Shown: piece after piece, positions 1 to 13,133 of the stretch
Layout: each line of letters begins with the position of its first letter
Position numbering within the stretch: the first letter of the stretch is position 1
Assembly: GCF_000150275.1 (NCBI RefSeq)
Contig: NW_002060953.1
Coordinates: 1,810,310 to 1,874,309, forward strand
Length of the DNA stretch: 64,000 nucleotides
Source: Trichoplax adhaerens
Taxonomy: Eukaryota; Animalia; Placozoa
Direction: 5' to 3'
The notes under the pieces: model-generated
Seen by the model: the letters and a program-made list of their open reading frames with translations, nothing else
The model's database searches: none
What the model was told of the DNA's origin: nothing
Made by a program: the position numbers and the translations under genes

Positions 1-188
1 ATCATATTTGTAACTATTGGATTCTAATTAATCGAAGACAATTTGATATCAAATCTTTTAGTATAAGTCTTGACAGACAGTACATCCTACCGGTCTAGTT
101 AAAATGTACTTTTATTCCGGTACACTAATATTCAATTGTACATAACTTAATTGAAAATGTAAAACACAGACGTAAGCCTTAATTGAAG

Positions 189-1990
189 CTAAATTTTTTG
201 AATTTTATCGGCTATCAAATTTTGATTCATGGAGCGTAACGCTGTAATTACTTCAGCAATATCTGCGTTTGTGCCGCGTTCATTTTTCCAAAATTCCAAA
301 ATTTTGTACATTTTGTCATATCGTGCAGAATTTGTTCCTTTAATCTCCTCAATCTCATTTGTTTTCAATCTTAAAGTATTTCCCAAACGAAATGCAAGAT
401 CGTAACGAAGTTCTCCCGCAATAACGCGAAAGTATTTGTCAAATGGCTCTAAAGTAATACGAAAAAGTGTTAAAGCCTAACGTATTAACTTTTACATATT
501 TATCAATATAATCATTACGGTATTTACTTGCGTCATTTCATAAGTAGCTAATGTTACTGTAGTAAAATTAATATCGCCTAAGTTTCTTTTAATCAGAATA
601 TCATCAAAAATAGTAATATCAGTTTAATATTATCGACTAAAGTGAATAATCAATCGAAACCTCTAAACTTTTTCATTATAGTACGGGTAGAAATTATCAT
701 TTTAATTTGCAATTTTGTATGCTATTGATGTAATATAGAAAATGAATGAAATTTGATTCAATATTCTGGAGATTAAAAGGCTGAACAAGTTGAAAATAAA
801 TTATATATGCCTACCTGAATTGTTGCCATTTTTACTACTATCTATAGGATTGGTTTGTTGAACGATGCGAGAGGAAATAACTAGTAAATTAAAGGACGAC
901 ATGTTATGTGTGAAGGTCAATACAAGTAAAAGAGTGATTAATACCTGTCCGATAAAAGTAAATTTAAATTAAAGTCTTTCACTTTAGTAGCTATATGCAA
1001 AAGATGATTGTTACCTGCATCAGCACCAATTCGATCCTCTAAAAAGGTAAGTAAACATTGCATAAGTTAGACCCTTTGAACGTAAATGCGATGATGATCA
1101 TTGATGGACGTCTTAAAAAGAACTGATCGTTCTAAAGAAACACCTTAAAATACGTTATATATCTAGAATTATGTACTGGTAGTCATTTTAAATGTGTCGC
1201 TTGTTATTGAATGAATAATAAGTATAGACTAAATTTTTCTGGTAGATTAGAATGACGTCTCTAAGTATCAAATTAATGCAAATTTAATAAGTAATTATAG
1301 ATACTAAATTTTATATCCATTATATTCTATTGCAGTAAGCCATCACCGCTTGCCATTTAGTTAAGCATTTGAGCATATAAGAAAATATATCTTATATTTT
1401 ACAAGTATTCTGGATTTAAATCGCTTCTCATCAGCTGTATATCATAATTTCTATGCAGAATTGCACGTTATAGAAGGATTATCAAACGAATGACTAACTA
1501 CGAGAAAAATTGTATATGACAATTCATTTACAGCAGCAGAATAAACTTGTATTTATAGAAATTCCGAAACTATGTTTCAGCTTAAAATGGTTTCTACTTC
1601 TGTTTCGGGCTTAGCAGGTAAATTTTATTCTGTTCAGATAAACATACCATTAACACTTGATGAGGCTTCTCCACTGTTCGAATCTACAGTTTTTATAACT
1701 TTCATTAGCTTCGTCTCTAGTTCTTTACCGAGTTCCTGAACGGTTTGTACATCACAATCCTGTAATATCTTACAAAACTGGACAATGTCTTCATCTCTTC
1801 TCTTTTGCAATATATCTATTAGTTCAAAATTTCTTTCTGATTCTTCATCAATTTTACGCAAACGCTTAGCATCACAGCTTGATAATATCTTCTCAACGAC
1901 TAATTCGTTAATAATTTCAATGGAAGGAGTCTCTTTGTAAAGTCTTCTTAAGTATTTTCGAAATACATTTCTCGCTTCTCTCGATATCAT
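189..1990 (-). CDS. CARD + Death domain bipartite adaptor, RAIDD/CRADD-like architecture (230 aa); exons 1990-1648, 1038-1015, 880-815, 448-189
   Basis: Exon 1 encodes a CARD-like helical domain (IINELVVEKILS..RNFELIDILQKRRDEDIVQFCKILQD). The last exon encodes a death domain (FRLGNTLRL..EIEEIK..KMYKILEFWKNERGTNA..VITALRSMNQNLIADKI). All three introns are GT-AG and phase 1. Exon lengths 343+24+66+260=693 nt give an open frame ending in TAG. Confidence 0.8.
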
Positions 1991-2577
1991 GCTTGATGTC
2001 TGTATAAATTCTAAATAAATGAAATATTAAAAGCTTAAAGGGCTAGCTTAAAGATAAAGTGCATATATATTGATCAAAATGCGATACTTTAAGAATTTAC
2101 TTAGTAAATTCACGAGTTTTTATGCCGTAAAATAATTATGAAATTATTATGAGCTGTAAACTTTAACTCTATATGTCTACCAACATTTATAAATTTCATA
2201 CTAATATTTTGAAAGTATTTTCTTTCAAGCAAAACCGTTACCATGTAACATTTAACAGATACTGCAATGAATACTGTAATCCATCGTTAGTTCAAATGTC
2301 ATGCATCAATCTTATGGAATACTTTACATATGTAAGGCGCTTAACAAACAGTAGGTTTAATCTATTACAATTCTGAGCACAATGGTCAGATAATATAAAC
2401 ATTCATGTACTCAAAAAATATATTATACTGATAAACATATCAATACGATTTCGTAATGATCTCATATTTAAACGTAGTAAAATTAAAAAATTTTTTCACG
2501 TCTAGAAATTAGAAACATAACAATTAAGGCGTTACTTATTAATCTAAGCTATCAATTGTGCACTGCTAGGTAAAGAC

Positions 2578-3072
2578 TGTGACAGTCTTAATGCTGCTAT
2601 ATATAGATTGCTACGGAAATATCTATGCTATGAAATTTTGTTAGCCTATCATTGTGATTGTAACTTTACTAATCAGAAAGATTGAAGATTATCATGTAAA
2701 CGTTCGGAGATGGGACATGTCATAATCTGATTATCCTGTATCAGTTATTAGATATGATAGTTCGTAAATGATGTTATTTTCATTAGATAACGGTAAGAAA
2801 AAGTATTCTCTAGTTAAAAGGAAGGTCTTAACGTTAATAGTACTATTTAAGATTCATGAGCTATTGTAGAAGAGTCTATAAATGCGGTACGGTATTCAAA
2901 ATAATGAAAAGAGTTCTTAAATTAGTATTTAAAGCAAAGTACCAGGCACCCAATACTTTATGTTCTTCGTTATCAGAGGAAAGTGTTCTCGATAGCACAG
3001 ATTTAGATCGCTGATACGTGACTCAGGAGACAACTTATTGATCGTAATTTATGCTGCGTTACTGCAAAGCTT
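2578..3072. repeat. Dispersed ~500 bp duplicated segment, copy A (copy B at ~12517-13133)
   Basis: Colinear shared blocks, e.g. gaaatatctatg, attgtgatt..aa, attatcatg.aaa.gttc.g.gat.ggacat.tc.taatctga, gttcgtaaat, tataaatgc.gta, aaagtgtt...gatag, tgatacgtg, tgcaaagct. Confidence 0.75.
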
Positions 3073-6000
3073 TTATCTAGTCAAGATCTCTAATGTATCA
3101 CAACGATGATCAATTGATTTTAATATAATCGAGAAAGCAAAAACTTGTCACTTCTATCAATTTACGTAGCCGTTAATACTTCGTCATGTACGTGGATCAA
3201 GAATAAGAAGCTTTTAAATAGGAAGCTCTATGCTAACGACGTTTGCTTTTGAAAGATATACTAAATTACCAAAATTTATTAGTTAGCTGGCAGAAAGTAG
3301 CATCTTACATTGAATTAAGTTATTTTGATCTAGGATTTGAATCACTTTAGATATTTAGTTGCAAACTCACTGAAAGGATTAGACTTGATTAGATCCTTCA
3401 AGATCGTTATTTATCTCTAAATAAGCACTACTGTAGTAAATAAAGTAACAAAAAGGTAGCGTTCGGCAGCTGGTAGAAATTAGATTCATGGGTTTAGAAA
3501 CATCAATTTACATGGGGAATTCATCGATTTGGGAATAGAATGACAAAGTTATTAACTAGGTTGGCATTATTAGGCATTTATATTCACGATTTATCTCTAG
3601 ACAAGCAGCACTACAGTAAGAAAAGTAACATATCTATGGATTAAATTGAAGTTATTTTATTTTCGATAATGATATCTCGTATCATGTCTATCATAGATAC
3701 TACACAGTTTATAAGAATTGATATAAGATTAGATTATTACATATCATTGTTGCCCCTTCGTAAACGTTATAACTGACTAAATCTAAATACGTATCATTAA
3801 TATTACGTCAGTAGACAAGTTCTAGGATTGACATTTATTTAATTAAAACTTACTCCTCCTTACACCTGGTCAATTCAATGGCTGTTGATTGTGTGCACAG
3901 TGTAAATTGGCTTTATCGTTTTATACCTTAATTTATCTAAATAGATGTCAAAAGTAGCACATAATTTGTCATAATCTAGCACGATAGATGCCTAGATCAA
4001 CAATCGTAACTGTACAATTTGGTTACAATATTTCTAGCGGTAGAAGAGAAGGCAATGGAATGAAATTTCTATGACTAACGTTGCCAGGATATAGTTTCTT
4101 CTGTAGGAGGCAGGCAGCTCGGATCTGACTCCAAAAATTTAAGAAGAAAGCATGACCAGTGCGCAGAAGCATTCACGGCAGGATTTTAGTAGTTCAATTC
4201 TTCTTGTATCTAGGCATGATCTATCTACTTTAGAGTATTAATATATTTGATTTATTCTTAAAATATAAACATAAATCAAGTCCATATTCATAATCTATCC
4301 TATAACCGATTGAATAACGACTTAAAATCCATCCACTGGCAAATAGATCGGTGCAGGGTTAATTCCATTTCTTGATTCCAGAAAATTACTAATGCTCCGA
4401 TTTGAAAGATTCTGGAAAGTTCTCTATCGCCTTCATTTTACTTTAGTGGCTGCATCACGTGATTGATCATGGCCCATGAAAAGCAACCGCCATTTTTCGA
4501 TGGACTAGACCAGAATGTCTGAGTGCTGCAGTAAATTTATTTCAATTAATTGACTGTTCTACTATACGGCTATGAGAGATCTATCCTATGAAGATTCTTC
4601 TTGCCTTTTGCGGGTTGATATGCTTTAGAAGAACCTGGATGTTGCTGGATTAACATCAACTTCAATGCATCTGCAGGAATCCAGTTTCAATGAATAGAAG
4701 TAGAATGTTACTGAAGATTTCTGTCTCCATCTTCTATGTTCCACAGTACAATATTTCTATAGAATATCCTGATCGATTGATCCGAATTGCTTACATGCCT
4801 ACATATTTTTAGTAGGTTGCTTAGTTTTGATCCTATTCTCGAGGTTTGATTTGTTCTAACGAAATATCAATAACAATTTATCAAGTAAAATTTGTACCCT
4901 CAATTGGATCTGCTCTGAAGGAGGTTCAATATCGAATGTTTTAGCAAGGTCTTAACTACTTTTCATCAGCTATTCTATGTAATTATTTCGCTAATTAAAC
5001 TGAATTATTCAAAGCTCGTTGCACGATGAATATTCGCTATTATCTTTATCACTATTAAGAAAAAATATTTACATTTACTGCAGGTAAATATCAATTTAAA
5101 TCGGTATATCACGTGTTAATATAGTATAAATTGAGTTTCTTCTATACCATTCCAGCCAGGCTCCTATTTCTACAACTATAGGTCTGAAATATAACCCTTT
5201 CATAATAAAGTTTTCGTAATATTCAAGAATCTTCTATCGAGAATTGGAGAAGGAAGTATCTGCTACTGTTACATAATCCAATTCCCTATTTCAGCCTGCT
5301 GTATCAATAGTCTTCAATCGAATTAATTAAATACTACCCTTAACAATTTGTTCCTATAGAATCTTACTCCAACTTAACATTGCATGCTAAGTAGATCATC
5401 ATAATGTTCAACTTTTGAGGCTATAAATGACATCTTCTGCAATGAAAAATGATCTGTGAGAGGATTTTAATCAGCGTCTTATTAGCTCATAGAAACTCAA
5501 TTAATTTCATCTTGTTCATCATTTTAAAATTGGAGCCCGATTATTAAATCTTACTCAACATTACATTTAAGATACTCGTATACCAGCAATTGTGGTATAG
5601 CACTCAAAGGGCACAGGGCACGAATTATATTTTTTAAAATATTACTGTAATTAACTTCGATTGATTCCGTCACAGCTCTCCGGACGAATATTTTTAAAAT
5701 TTTTATTTTCACGTCTAGAATCTGTATCTTTTAATCAAACACATTCAAGACACATCATTGTGATATAAAAGTTGCTGGAAATAAATCGCGTCTTTGAAAA
5801 TGTAAAATATCATATTTTATGAAAACCTAATTTTATTTACGTAATGATAAAGCAGTTGCAGTAGATTCATGTCGATGAAGTTATCCCTACGCATACCTTT
5901 TGACATAGGCTTTCATCTGTAGAGTGCAGAACTTATCATAGCATTATATTAAAGATAATGTCATTTTAACATTAAGATTGTCAAAGTTGTGGATTTTAGT

Positions 6001-6164
6001 AAGTGAATTAGTTGTCCACACAAACCGACTCAATCTTGATTATGGTATTATGATCTATAAAGCAATGAGATTTAAATGAATTCAGTTAAGTCCACCATAG
6101 TTATCTTAGTCATTTGAGGGTATTGAAAATCTTTATTCACAGATATTAGGCTCCAGCAAGATAA

Positions 6165-7163
6165 TTACGGATGAAAAGTTACAGTAATCTGGATGGCATG
6201 AGACTGCTGTTGCTGACAACACTTCAACAGTCGTTTAATCAATCTTCTCGACGCCAGTTTAATTTCATGATCGAAATTAAGAAGCATTATGGGATTTAAA
6301 ATAGTTATAGCACCAGTCGTAGTAAATGAATAAAATGTTAGTACAAAGTAGGTATGATTCATTTGGCGTATTTGTCGCTGAGATTTCCGGGTAATAGCAA
6401 TCCCCACAATAGTTGCGAAATAGGGCCAAGTAAGCAAGATATCTAGCACCACTATAACCACCAACATTTTCACTAATCCTTTACTACGTATTGCTCTCCA
6501 TTTCGTAGATAATGAACTTTGAGGTTGGACATATCTTGTAATAAAGCGAATAATTTTCCAATACATTACAGTCAGTGTTAGTGAAGGAATGAAGTAGAGA
6601 ATAATAGTTTGAATAATTAAGTACAGTGAGACGTAGTTGCTTACCACAGGCAAATCACAAAATTTCGGCTCATCAACATACACATCAAGAAAGTGAAATA
6701 GTGGCAATGCAAGAGTAATTGCAATCAGAATAACTATCAATTCATATATTATCACTGTATATTTTCCGAAGAATCTACAGTTATAATCTGGTTTAGTGAC
6801 TTTAAAGTAATGAATTATAGCAATTAAGCAAATTGTCAAGATGGAGATTCCATATGATGCTGCTATAGTAAATACGAAAATCCTACATAGCCATTGACCA
6901 GCTTTGGCGTAAACAACATTAGCAATATTATACGCATACTTAGCAGTTAGCATTAAATCAGCTAGAAAGTCGGATATCACCGATACGCAAAGGAGTCGAT
7001 AGGTGACTTTGCCAAAGCAACGACTTTGTAAAATGACATAAAGTAGAAAGAAATTGAGCCAAAGCCCGAGGATTGAGATGGAAATAGCGACGTAGGAAAG
7101 TGATCTATTAACATTAAAATTTAACACTACGGTATCATTGGAATTATTCATTATTAAGTTCAT
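6165..7163 (-). CDS. Intronless rhodopsin-family (class A) 7TM receptor, atypical clade (DRY->IHY, NPIML)
   Basis: 332 aa ORF with seven hydrophobic segments, N-terminal N-glycosylation sites, GLxLN (TM1), ISD (TM2), TM3 Cys plus ECL2 FCD Cys, YFIP (TM5), WP (TM6), NP (TM7). Confidence 0.9.
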   Translation of the reverse strand: MNLIMNNSNDTVVLNFNVNRSLSYVAISISILGLWLNFFLLYVILQSRCFGKVTYRLLCVSVISDFLADLMLTAKYAYNIANVVYAKAGQWLCRIFVFTIAASYGISILTICLIAIIHYFKVTKPDYNCRFFGKYTVIIYELIVILIAITLALPLFHFLDVYVDEPKFCDLPVVSNYVSLYLIIQTIILYFIPSLTLTVMYWKIIRFITRYVQPQSSLSTKWRAIRSKGLVKMLVVIVVLDILLTWPYFATIVGIAITRKSQRQIRQMNHTYFVLTFYSFTTTGAITILNPIMLLNFDHEIKLASRRLIKRLLKCCQQQQSHAIQITVTFHP

Positions 7164-9133
7164 ACCACATCATTTCTTGAATTTAGTGATCGGTGGGATG
7201 AACTAATAATTATTAACATAAATATTACTCAAAAATTTAATCACTAAGACAAGTCGATTTTTAATATAATACGCTAAATAGTGTCTTAAAATTAAGCTTC
7301 TGAAATTATAAATTTTCATTTAGGGGTTGCTAAACTATTCCGACTCTACACCAATACTTCCTGTTTGAGGGAATCATTCGTTGTCATAGACGCCTTTAAT
7401 GCAATCTTGTATTCCTAGGATCGACATGAACAGCTGACATCATATTAAAAAATAATTATAATTGGGCAAGCGCTTATTATAGCTTTCTGAACGCTACTTA
7501 AGACTTTATTGCCTAACAGTAGCATGAAAAGGGTATTAAATAGCGTTGAATCAATGTCTTTTTACTTACTAGCCATTGAAATATTATTCTAAAAATTGTT
7601 ATAATTAATTAATCAATAATTAATGGGATGAAGTCACGTTTAAAAATAATAGATTATAATAACAAAAAGGAAGTAGCCTGGGCTCCTAGATACATGTACA
7701 TGTTCAAAACGACGCGATATTTATTTAAAACTTTTAGAACGCTAATTTACTTAGAATGCTGATTTGTTGTTATTGATGTCTTTCAGTAATTGATCATTAA
7801 TCCTTTTGGAAAGGAATCACAAATTTGGTAAGATATAAGTTGTTATTTTTCCATAATTATCGTATAAACGATTGCTATGGGAATCTGAGATAGTAAAATC
7901 ATAACAGTAATAAGTATATGATAATTACATAATTAATTCTTCATGATTACTGAGCAAAGGACGATAGTAAAATCTCAAACTCTTACCTTACAAAATTTGA
8001 ACTAAGCCTAAATATTATCAAATAGATTTCCATGTCAACAACGTAAATTATTTATTGTATTTCCCGCCTAGAAGCCACTACTCTTAATGTAAGCTAATCA
8101 TTCGTGATTTTTATAATTTACCTAACTCCATCTAAAATAATCAAAGACCGGGCGCTTTATCTACATCGCGAAAACGACGATGAATATTTTATTGCAGTTA
8201 CTGTTGTACCACAATAGAACAGAATTTCTTATTTATATGTTGGTTAGATGCATCTCTTTCATCCTTACTTCCTTCATTATGGCTTTCTACCATTTTGGTC
8301 ATTTTTATAGCAATAAACAGTGCAATTTTGCATTTGTTATTAGTCAATAAATTATCAAAAATTTTTCCGTGAAATTTGTGTCGTAGTATGGTAAAATAGT
8401 ACCCAAACTTTGAAATATATAAAACTTTATTGTTTCAATCGACCTTGAACTATAGCACATAATTCCATCGCCTACTTCAAAACAAATTTCTATCATCCTT
8501 GGGTATTGTATAAGAGGATTATTATATTTTGATTGCCTTATAGATTGTAACAGGAAGCCTGTTCAAAATGTGTAAGTGTTCTTTTACCAACGTGCAGTAA
8601 ATTATTTGCTTTGAAAGACCTCACATATGAGAGAGATAGAAAGAGCTTTAATTCATATTATCGTAATAATATGGCAAGATCATTTACTTAATATAGATAG
8701 ATTTCTATTCATCAATATAGTTCAAATTTGTTTCGATCATTTCCATAACGAAAAATCGAGAATTTTGAGGGCGTTCAATCAGCTGCCTAGCTTCTTCAAC
8801 ATACTCCATTGTAAAATAACATGCTGCATTGCCGAAATTTGCTGTTACGATACTGTAATATTTCGAAAGACCTTGAACTACAACAAGCACTACTAAAGGG
8901 AAGAAAGAAGAATATGGAAAACTCTTTCTAATACTGAAAAAGTAGAGACCGACATTTTGCCAGTTATTTTATCTGTAGTCGGATACATAATTTCAACCCT
9001 TCGATAGTTTAAAAACGACCGGTTAATAGTAATCCTCACATTGCTATTAATGGATGATAATTATTTGTAACTCCCTTTCTCTCTGCTAGTGGTTCCTGAG
9101 CTACATCAACTTATTTCATTTTCTATTTTAGAA

Positions 9134-9183
9134 NNNNNNNNNNNNNNNNNNNNNNNNNNNNNNNNNNNNNNNNNNNNNNNNNN
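9134..9183. other. Assembly gap (50 N)
   Basis: Run of N. Confidence 0.99.
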
Positions 9184-10190
9184 AGTAATCTTTTAATTAC
9201 CTCACTCATCTACCAATTTTCTTCAAATTATTAGATAATAGTCTTATGCTAAATGGATGAATGCCTAGTATTTCAGATTCCACGAAATTGAAATGGCAGC
9301 AATAAGACAAAAACAAGTACAGTTTCATGCTGTCGAAATCAATCAATTATTTTTTTAAATCAAAACTCTATTTTTGACATTCTAAAGTCAATTATAAATT
9401 TTCCATTGAATGATAAAGTTACTACTAATGCAAAAAATGAATAAAACAAAATGTTGATTGACCATATTAGCAGAAATTTGATTATCTAGAATTCTTCGTC
9501 GGATTATTTCGATACTTATACCAAGTATTCATTCCAAGTTAAAATTTATAAAGAATTTTGTAATAGTATTACCAAATAGTCAGATGAATGTGCATCTTAT
9601 TTTAATAAGACGAATAATGGACGCTTATTCTATGACATAGATGATGCAGTGGACTTGATTGCACTATTGAAAAAATCTAATTATGGCATCAAATTCCAAT
9701 GAAATAATCTACTTTCCTAATCCTGATCGAAAAGACCCTATACATCTTAATCGGTAAGAAGTAGTAACTGAACGCTGTTATTTTCATCTATCTGGCTTTT
9801 AAATATTTCAAACTCGTTTTACCGAAAATAGAAAGCAACATCACTATTCTATCATTTAATGGAATAATAACTAATTAGAATAATAGTAGGGACCATTGAT
9901 AAGATAATCTTGTTTTCGGGAATCCTAGATTATGATATTATTGACGTACCTTGACAACTAAACTGACAATAGAATTTCTAATTTATTAAGCTTAGTAGCA
10001 GCTGCTACTGTAGAAATCTATCGAGTTAGTGTCATTTGAAAAATATCAAGACATTATTCATTTTGCTATCACACACTTCTAATAGTTAGATTTGTGAGAT
10101 CCTGACTGATAGCTATAAGTTGTTAGATTATATGATTACCTACTATGCCTTTAATGGCAATTTTAGTAATTAGACCTTGCGACTAATCGA

Positions 10191-11129
10191 TTATCGACGT
10201 ATTGATTTGGTCAGTATTGCTTTTGATGCTCTGTTGACATCGCGATCTAGCCAGAGAAATAATACAGGGTTGACCACTGAAGTAGCTGCAGTAGTTGTAA
10301 ATGAAAAAAACACCAAAGCAAAATAAGCAGAATTAATTTGTCTGATTTGTCGTTGTGATTGTTGGCTAATTGCCATGGCCATAGTGGAAATAAAAAATGG
10401 TAAAGTGATAACCACATCAGACATAATGATTACAATAAAAACTTTCATCAATTTTCTTCTTCTGATATCTTTCCAAGTTATTAAGAGAGCTTCTATAGGT
10501 TGGATGTATCTTTTTAGGTAGCGAACAATTCTACAATAAATTAATATCAACAAAGATGACGGTAGGATATAAAATACAACACCATGAGTTACTAAATAGA
10601 GAGAAACCTTATTAGTTATATTTGGAATATCACAAAACTTTGGTTCCTGTTCATATACATTGACAAATTGCAATAAAGGATACGATACTGCAATGGCCGT
10701 AATAATGATGACGGTTTCGCTGATGAGAATTACATTTTGTTGAGCTAAATTACAAACTTTCACCCTTACTTTTGCTACTTTGATATAATGACCAATGGCT
10801 AATAAACATAAGGTTAATATCGAGATTGCATAAGAAGTTGATATTACAAATACAATAATACGGCATAACCAACGACCACTTTGGATGTTAGCTGTACTAA
10901 GAAGGTTATAAGTATAATTGGTCAAGAGCATGATAACAGTTAGAATATCAGAAAGAATTGAAATAGTAATTAAGCGATAAGTGATTCGATGAGCAAATTC
11001 ATTCTTTAGAATAACAATAAGCAGAAAAAGATTTAAGCCAAGCCCAATCAAGCAAGTAGAAATAGCAACATAGGAGAGTGAAATATTAACATTAAAATTA
11101 TTTGTTCTAGAACGTGTTACGTTTTCCAT
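10191..11129 (-). CDS. Intronless class A 7TM receptor, atypical clade (DRY->GHY, NPVLF); ATG at 11129
   Basis: 312 aa from the first ATG; clear paralogue of 6165-7163 (FNVN.SLSYVAIS, WLCRI, EPKFCD, SQRQIRQ). Confidence 0.9.
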   Translation of the reverse strand: MENVTRSRTNNFNVNISLSYVAISTCLIGLGLNLFLLIVILKNEFAHRITYRLITISILSDILTVIMLLTNYTYNLLSTANIQSGRWLCRIIVFVISTSYAISILTLCLLAIGHYIKVAKVRVKVCNLAQQNVILISETVIIITAIAVSYPLLQFVNVYEQEPKFCDIPNITNKVSLYLVTHGVVFYILPSSLLILIYCRIVRYLKRYIQPIEALLITWKDIRRRKLMKVFIVIIMSDVVITLPFFISTMAMAISQQSQRQIRQINSAYFALVFFSFTTTAATSVVNPVLFLWLDRDVNRASKAILTKSIRR

Positions 11130-12516
11130 CACTATCTATGTACAGAATCTTGTCCAACTTATAATCAGAATCGAAAATTTGGTAAACAGGTAAGTAATTG
11201 TACCGTTAACTTGCAATTGAATTATTTACAACCGGATTAAACTTCTTTTTAAATCAATGATTTTTTAATTTTATGTATATTCAATATTGTGGGCGGTTAC
11301 ATCTGTAATTTTAAAAGAGTGACCACGAATTCGAAAATAAATTTCTAGCATAAAGAATTTCCCTGTAATTGCTTAATTACTCGCCATGAGATGACGATCA
11401 ATTTCATCATAGAAATAAGGAATGAAAGAAATTTGGTGAGCGTATTCTGCAAGTAAAATCAAGACAGGACATGGCACTGCTTCATATGATTTCTATGTAT
11501 TGGAGTAATTTAAGTCAAGATTTTAACATACACTCAATTTCATGCCTGAACTTGCGAAACTAAATTAAAACTAAATGATACTAAGTAAAAAAGTAATTCG
11601 ATTTGTAGTCCTTTTATAGTAGTAGTTTAACTAGTCTATAACACTTTAATCAATAAATAACCCTGCAGCACCAACTCTGCAGCACCATACTAATAAAGGA
11701 TGCATAAGTCGATTCTATCTATATTTTAGCTCATACTTTTATTCCGTCCTTTTAGCTTCTGAAATAAGTATAGGCAACGTGTCCGATTGATCAATCCTTT
11801 CTGAAAACTAGTTTTAGCTTTCGAAGCTAAGTATCGTTAGCAAAGATAATGTTTCATATGCCAAAGGTCAATAATTACATCAAAGATATTCAAAACAGGC
11901 TTTATGACATTTCTATTAATGTGTAAGACAAACGTAATTAGGAGTTAGACTATTATATCATGTATCTGAAAATAACATTGTTAAAATTAATTTTTAGTTC
12001 AACATCTTTCAGCGGAAATGACCCAAGAAAAATTTATGGTGTCCCGATTTTATTTTTTATTCTTAAAACTGCTAGTATTATTTTCAATTTACTAAGAAAA
12101 GTTATAATGTGTAACTTCTATTGATAAGTTGAGTCGCAATTCTTTTATTGAAATCAGTTATTGTGTTGGCTGAAGTTGTTTGTTTCATTAGCTATTGATT
12201 TTATACAGTGCATTAAAATAGTTAGGGTAATGATGCTGTAGTAGCATACATCTACTATATTATAATAAGATTAAATTTGAAGAAAAGTTATTAGTCTATT
12301 AAGCTCATGATAGGTATTCATCGACATCAAATGGGATAACTAATTTTTTAAACATTAATAAATAGATTATTTATCTACGTTTAATAAAGATAATTTGGCG
12401 GCAAATTGACCCGCTACAAATATCAATGAACTAAAATACCGACGAGATAGGGTGAGTTTATTATTACGGCTAATGTAGTTTTCACTATAGTGTTTAGCAT
12501 CAAGCACTTAATGTCG

Positions 12517-13133
12517 GTGTGACAGTGTCATATACTGTATTAGAGTAGAAATATCTATGTTAGGATAATTCTGTTAACCTATCCTTATTTAGTTAACGTC
12601 TAATTTGGATATACTGTGTTTTAATATAGCACTGACTTTTTATGACAGTGACATTTATACACATACTGAAATTAATAGTTATAATAGGGAATACAAATCG
12701 TCTACTTACAGTTCGAATCATTGTGATTATAATTTACTTATGGTAGATTGTAAATTATCATGGAAATGTTCCGTGATAGGACATATCGTAATCTGACTAT
12801 TCTTTTTTAGTCATCAGATGTCTATGTTCGTAAATACTGTTGTCTGCATTAAGGGAGCAGTAGCTAAAATTAATATCTAGTTCAGTAAATGATTCCAAAC
12901 TTAATCGTACTAACTATGACTCATGAATTATTGAGAAAGAGTATATAAATGCAGTATATCGTGTAATAAAGTGAATTCTTAAACTTAGTTTAAAGCAAAA
13001 TATGAGGCGTGTAAGTCTTTGTGTAGCCTGCTAGTAGAGCAAAAGTGTTACTGATAGTGCAGCTATCGTTCCTTGATACGTGGTTCAAGGAATTGACTTA
13101 TAAATCGTACATTAAGTTATCTTGTTGCAAAGC
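12517..13133. repeat. Dispersed duplicated segment, copy B (copy A at ~2578-3072)
   Basis: Same colinear blocks as copy A, with an extra ~130 bp near the 5' end. Confidence 0.75.

Noticed and set aside
945-990. Possible extra exon in the CARD-DD linker
   Set aside because: It would need a 24-nt intron, and its 46-nt length would shift the frame.
4060-4960. Slightly GC-richer stretch that might be a decayed coding or TE sequence
   Set aside because: The frames I translated are interrupted by stops and show no recognisable motif; BLASTX is needed.
8627-8896. Overlapping 89-aa and 61-aa ORFs
   Set aside because: No recognisable homology; consistent with chance ORFs.
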